DNA of 64,000 nt from contig CAWJKZ010000021.1 in NCBI GenBank assembly GCA_963843575.1, forward strand, positions 96,001 through 160,000, written 5' to 3'. This DNA is from an uncultured Acidobacteriota bacterium. Lineage in GTDB: Bacteria > Acidobacteriota > UBA6911. A program made the translations under genes and the position numbers. A model generated the notes under the pieces. The model saw only the letters and a list, made by a program, of their open reading frames with translations, made no database searches and was not told the origin of the DNA. Below are positions 60,606-64,000 of the stretch, in pieces (position 1 is the first letter of the stretch; every line of letters starts with the position of its first letter).

Positions 60606-62014
60606 TCTATCTCGTGTGGGGTTGCAGGATCTGCCTGGTTTTCACCGTGCTGGTGCTTACAGCGTACGTCGTCAGGCACCACTTTTTCGTTCTCTTCCGC
60701 ATCTCGACGCGGAAATCGCGCGACATGATGGAGTTGGTCGGGTTCACGACGCCGACGGTGACGGTGCTCGTGCCCATGCACAACGAGGAGGCGGTAGCGG
60801 CCGACGTGCTGCAGGCACTGGTGAACTGCGACTACGACGAGGGTAGGCTGGAGGTCTTGGCGGTCAACGACCGGTCGGAAGATCGCACCGGCGAGATCAT
60901 CGACGAGTTCGCGGCCAGGTACCCGGCCATCAGGGCGGTTCACCGCACGGCGGGAGAGGGGGGGAAGGGGGCGGCGCTGAAGCATGCCAGCACCCAGGCC
61001 CGGGGAGAGATCCTGCTGCTGTTCGACGCGGATTACATTCCGAGCCGGGCCATGATCAGGTTCCTGGTCGCTCCGTTTTGCGATCCTGAAGTGGGGGCGG
61101 TCATGGGCCGCGTCGTGCCCCACAACGGGGGAGCGAGCCTCCTGGCGGGACTGCTCGAACTGGAGCGGGGCGCCGGCTACCAGATCGGTCAGAAAGCGCG
61201 CTATGACCTCGGTCTTACCCCGCAATTCGGCGGGACCGTCGGGGGGGTCCGCGCTTCCGTGCTCGCGGCGGTGGGGGGATGGAACACCAACTCCCTCACG
61301 GAAGACACGGACCTGACCTTCCGCCTGCTGCTGAAGGGGTGGAAGGTTGCCTACGTGAATCGGGCCGAATGCTACGAGGAGGCGCCCGAGACGTGGCAGG
61401 TGCGGAGCAGGCAGATCGGCCGGTGGGCCATGGGCCACACCGAATGTCTGCACGCTTTCTGGAAGCAGTGGATCCGGCGGCGGTCGCTGACCAGGGCCGA
61501 AAAGATCGATGGCCTCTTCGTCCTGGCCTGCTATTGGACGGCCCCGATCCTCGTGCTGGGATGGCTGGCCTCGCTGGTGCTGTTTTTCACGCCACAGGCC
61601 CACGAGTCGGTTTTTTTCCTGCTCGCGCTCTCCTTCGTCGGTTATCAGCTGTTCGGCAACCAGGCGACCTTCCTGGAACTCGGCGCCGCCGCCCTGCTGG
61701 ACGGCAACCGCCGGCGCGTCGTTCTGCTGCCGCTGAGCCTCTTCAATTTTTTCGCCAGCACGGGCGCGATCTGCCAGGCGCTGCTGAGTTACTACATCGG
61801 TGGTTTCTTCGGTTCCGGGCCCCACTACTGGCACAAGACCAAGCGCTACCGCGGGGGCAACGGAGGTCCGCACCGGAACGGCAACGGAAACGGGCGCCCC
61901 AACGGGGGTCACGCCAACGAAAACGGCGGGAGCAACGGTGTAGTGAACGGCAGCCTGGCGAACCTCGGCGGCCGCAGTCGCGGGCAAGGGCCACAGGAAG
62001 GTCGGACGAAATAA
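60602..62014 (+). CDS. Processive GT2 glycosyltransferase (cellulose synthase/PgaC/IcaA-like)
   Basis: VPMHNE, NDRSED, GKGAAL, FDADY, TEDTD, QIGRW (D,D,D,QxxRW); flanking TM helices. Confidence 0.92.
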   Translation: MIYLVWGCRICLVFTVLVLTAYVVRHHFFVLFRISTRKSRDMMELVGFTTPTVTVLVPMHNEEAVAADVLQALVNCDYDEGRLEVLAVNDRSEDRTGEIIDEFAARYPAIRAVHRTAGEGGKGAALKHASTQARGEILLLFDADYIPSRAMIRFLVAPFCDPEVGAVMGRVVPHNGGASLLAGLLELERGAGYQIGQKARYDLGLTPQFGGTVGGVRASVLAAVGGWNTNSLTEDTDLTFRLLLKGWKVAYVNRAECYEEAPETWQVRSRQIGRWAMGHTECLHAFWKQWIRRRSLTRAEKIDGLFVLACYWTAPILVLGWLASLVLFFTPQAHESVFFLLALSFVGYQLFGNQATFLELGAAALLDGNRRRVVLLPLSLFNFFASTGAICQALLSYYIGGFFGSGPHYWHKTKRYRGGNGGPHRNGNGNGRPNGGHANENGGSNGVVNGSLANLGGRSRGQGPQEGRTK

Positions 62015-62083
62015 CGCGCCTGGTGCTGCAGACCAGGTGCCGGACGGCGGGTGCCGCTCCCGTGCAGTGCAGGCAGGTTTACA

Positions 62084-62354
62084 GTGACCGCTTGGCCTTT
62101 CATCGCGTTTTCCTTGATCGTCATGGCTTTGGTCTGCGCCCACTTCCTCGTGGCCTACCGGGCCTGGCAAGCCTCACGCGGCGAGGAGTTTTCCGACATC
62201 GATCCCGATTACGTGACTGGAGATGCCCGGGAGCCTCCTCGGTCCTCTCCCGGCGGGATATCCCTCCTGCGACGATCATCAAAACTGGTCCGGCCGGAGC
62301 CGGGAGCCGCTGCTCCTGATGAAGGGCGCGCTCGACTATCTCCTCACCAACTGA
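62084..62354 (+). pseudogene. Probable truncated or fused remnant of downstream operon gene(s)
   Basis: TM-containing N-terminus (VTAWPFIAFSLIVMALV...IDPDYV) loses coding character; a different frame ends LLMKGALDYLLTN* just before a REP doublet. Confidence 0.4.
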
Positions 62355-62360
62355 TGCCCA

Positions 62361-62426
62361 GTGGGCCGCGCCAGCCCGACGCGGCCCCGCGACCGTCACG
62401 GGCGGGGGCGGGCCGCCCCCGCCCAC
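62361..62426. repeat. REP-like inverted doublet, family B
   Basis: GTGGGCCGCGCCAGCCCGACGCGGCCCC ... GGGCGGGGGCGGGCCGCCCCCGCCCAC. Confidence 0.75.
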
Positions 62427-62459
62427 CGGACCGTCGCCGGAAGGCCAGGATGCGCGCGT

Positions 62460-62540
62460 CGCGGTCTTGAGCACGATCTCGGGGCTCAGCGGGGTTTCGT
62501 AGGGATCGTCGATGCCGGAGAACCGTTCGATTTTCCCCAG
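62460..62540 (-). pseudogene. C-terminal fragment of adenylyl-sulfate kinase (CysC-like)
   Basis: GKIERFSGIDDPYETPLSPEIVLKT resembles the CysC C-terminal FTGIDDPYExP..PE motif; no P-loop upstream. Confidence 0.65.
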
Positions 62541-62876
62541 GCTTCGATCGGTGAGGCTCACCCGCGAGTGGCGGACATGTCGCTGCACCATGTCGCTTCG
62601 TTCCTCCTCCAGGACGAGCAGCGACACCAGCTTTCGTCCGCCGGATACACCGAACGCCTGAACCACTGCGCTTCCAGCTTGCCGGGCGCCCGACACAGGG
62701 GAAAACCTTAGCCGCGGGCGTCGGGCCGCCGGCGTGTGCACGCGGGCTGCGCGGCAAAACCGCGAGCAAAACGCTCAGGGGCGAGGCCTGCCGGGCCGAT
62801 GATTAGTGTACGGCCCGCCGTACGAGCCGGTGTGTGGACGACGTGAAGGGACCGGTTCCGTGATGGGCCCGCTTCG

Positions 62877-64000
62877 ATGACTGCAAAACGGGTTGCCAGA
62901 TTCTGGATTGTGCTGACGTTGCTGGGCGGTTGCGCGGGAATCGTCTCCCCTGCCTCGGGGAAAGCGACGCCGGTTCTCACGAAAGTGGGCATGATCCACG
63001 AGCTGAAAACCGCGGAGGCCGAACGACGCTGTCGCGTGCGCGTGCGGGCGGTGGTGACCTACACGGATGCGCCAAGCGACATGCTGTTTGTGCAGGACGA
63101 AACCGGGGGCGTTTACGTCGACATCACGCCGCCGCACCGCTACCAGCTCAAGTCGGGCCAGGAGGTGGAAGTCGAAGGGGTGACGGCGCCCGGCTACTTC
63201 GCCCCGATGGTTGTCGAACCGCAGATCAGGGTGGTCGGCGACGGACGGCTTCCCCTCCCGGAGCGGGCGCCTATCCAGGCGCTCTTTGCGGGCGGTGAGG
63301 ACTGCCAGTGGGTCGAGACGCGCGGCGTTGTGCGGTCGGCGTTGGTTTCGGACGGCGTGTTGCGGATGTCGCTCGCCGAGGGCAACGCCAGGATCGCCAT
63401 CAACGTGTCGGGTTGCGCGACCGGTCTCTCCCTCGTCGACAGCGTGATCACCGTGCGGGGTGTCAGCGGCGGCGTGTTCAACGACAAGGGGCAGTTGACC
63501 GGGGCCGAACTCTATGTGCCGGGACCAGAGCACATCCAGGTCGATGAGCCCGGTCCAGCGGATCCGTTCTCCATCGAAATCCGCCCGGTACAGCGCATCC
63601 TGCAGTTTGTTCCCATCCGCGGGTACGGGCATCGTGTGCGGATCCGCGGCACCGTCACGTTTTGCAGAGCCGGCCTCTGCCTTTTCCTGCGCGACGACTC
63701 CGCCAGCATCTATATCACCATCGGGCCAGGGGATCCTCTGAAGGAGGGCGACGTGGTCGAGGCGGTCGGGTTCCCGGAAGTCGGGGACTACACGCCCATC
63801 CTCAGGGACGTCGTGTATCGCCGCGTCGGCTCCAGCGTGGTGCCCGCCCCCAGGAAGGTGGTTCCCGCCCTCGCGCTCAAGGGAGCCTATGACACGGAGC
63901 TCGTGGAGATCGAAGGCAGGCTGCTCGGCTCAGCGTTTATTATGGGGGAGCAGGTCCTGGCATTGCAGTCGGGATACCTGACCTTCAACGCCCACCTCAA
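62877..64000 (+). CDS. 5' part of a membrane sensor protein with tandem OB-fold-like extracytoplasmic repeats (histidine kinase or diguanylate cyclase type); runs off the window
   Basis: Open from ATG 62877 to the window end, so absent from the ORF track; signal peptide; repeats VRVRAVVTY..FVQDETGG..GQEVEVEG and VRIRGTVT..FLRDDS..GDVVEAVG. Confidence 0.8.
   Translation, partial: MTAKRVARFWIVLTLLGGCAGIVSPASGKATPVLTKVGMIHELKTAEAERRCRVRVRAVVTYTDAPSDMLFVQDETGGVYVDITPPHRYQLKSGQEVEVEGVTAPGYFAPMVVEPQIRVVGDGRLPLPERAPIQALFAGGEDCQWVETRGVVRSALVSDGVLRMSLAEGNARIAINVSGCATGLSLVDSVITVRGVSGGVFNDKGQLTGAELYVPGPEHIQVDEPGPADPFSIEIRPVQRILQFVPIRGYGHRVRIRGTVTFCRAGLCLFLRDDSASIYITIGPGDPLKEGDVVEAVGFPEVGDYTPILRDVVYRRVGSSVVPAPRKVVPALALKGAYDTELVEIEGRLLGSAFIMGEQVLALQSGYLTFNAHL

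Overview
GC-rich bacterial chromosomal window. Gene families point to Acidobacteriota: an ADOP permease remnant, a VPFEF-type secreted protein and a Ser/Thr kinase fused to PD40 repeats. About 38 genes are supported, in these blocks: (1) cysteine desulfidase, then a sigma-54-type promoter and an operon of Omp85-like barrel, DUF4390-like protein and NtrY/NtrX-like two-component system; (2) a DUF6454-like/GH29 fusion; (3) an RHH-MNT/HEPN toxin-antitoxin pair; (4) a TonB-dependent receptor operon behind a four-unit Pho-box-like array; (5) a large GH42-like protein; (6) a czcCBA-like RND pump with two frameshifts in czcA, preceded by a His/Cys, RAPP-ending leader ORF; (7) a kinase, an S8 protease, Tat-exported carbohydrate-type enzymes, glgC, argA, a double FKBP, a zinc ADH, a metalloprotease-NHL protein, an epimerase and a triple RidA; (8) an accessory region at about 49.6-62.5 kb. 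That region combines MbtH, a C-A-T-TE NRPS, a convergent atypical A-T didomain, a GT-A-like protein, exosortase E/CAAX protease with its VPEID-CTERM-like substrate, and a GT2 synthase, and is flanked by gene remnants. It is the best candidate for an uncharacterised system. Intergenic spaces carry several REP-like families and a 9-bp-periodic CTCGAAG palindromic repeat family. No rRNA, tRNA, CRISPR array or intact transposase was seen. All calls come from reading motifs by eye; no database search was run.
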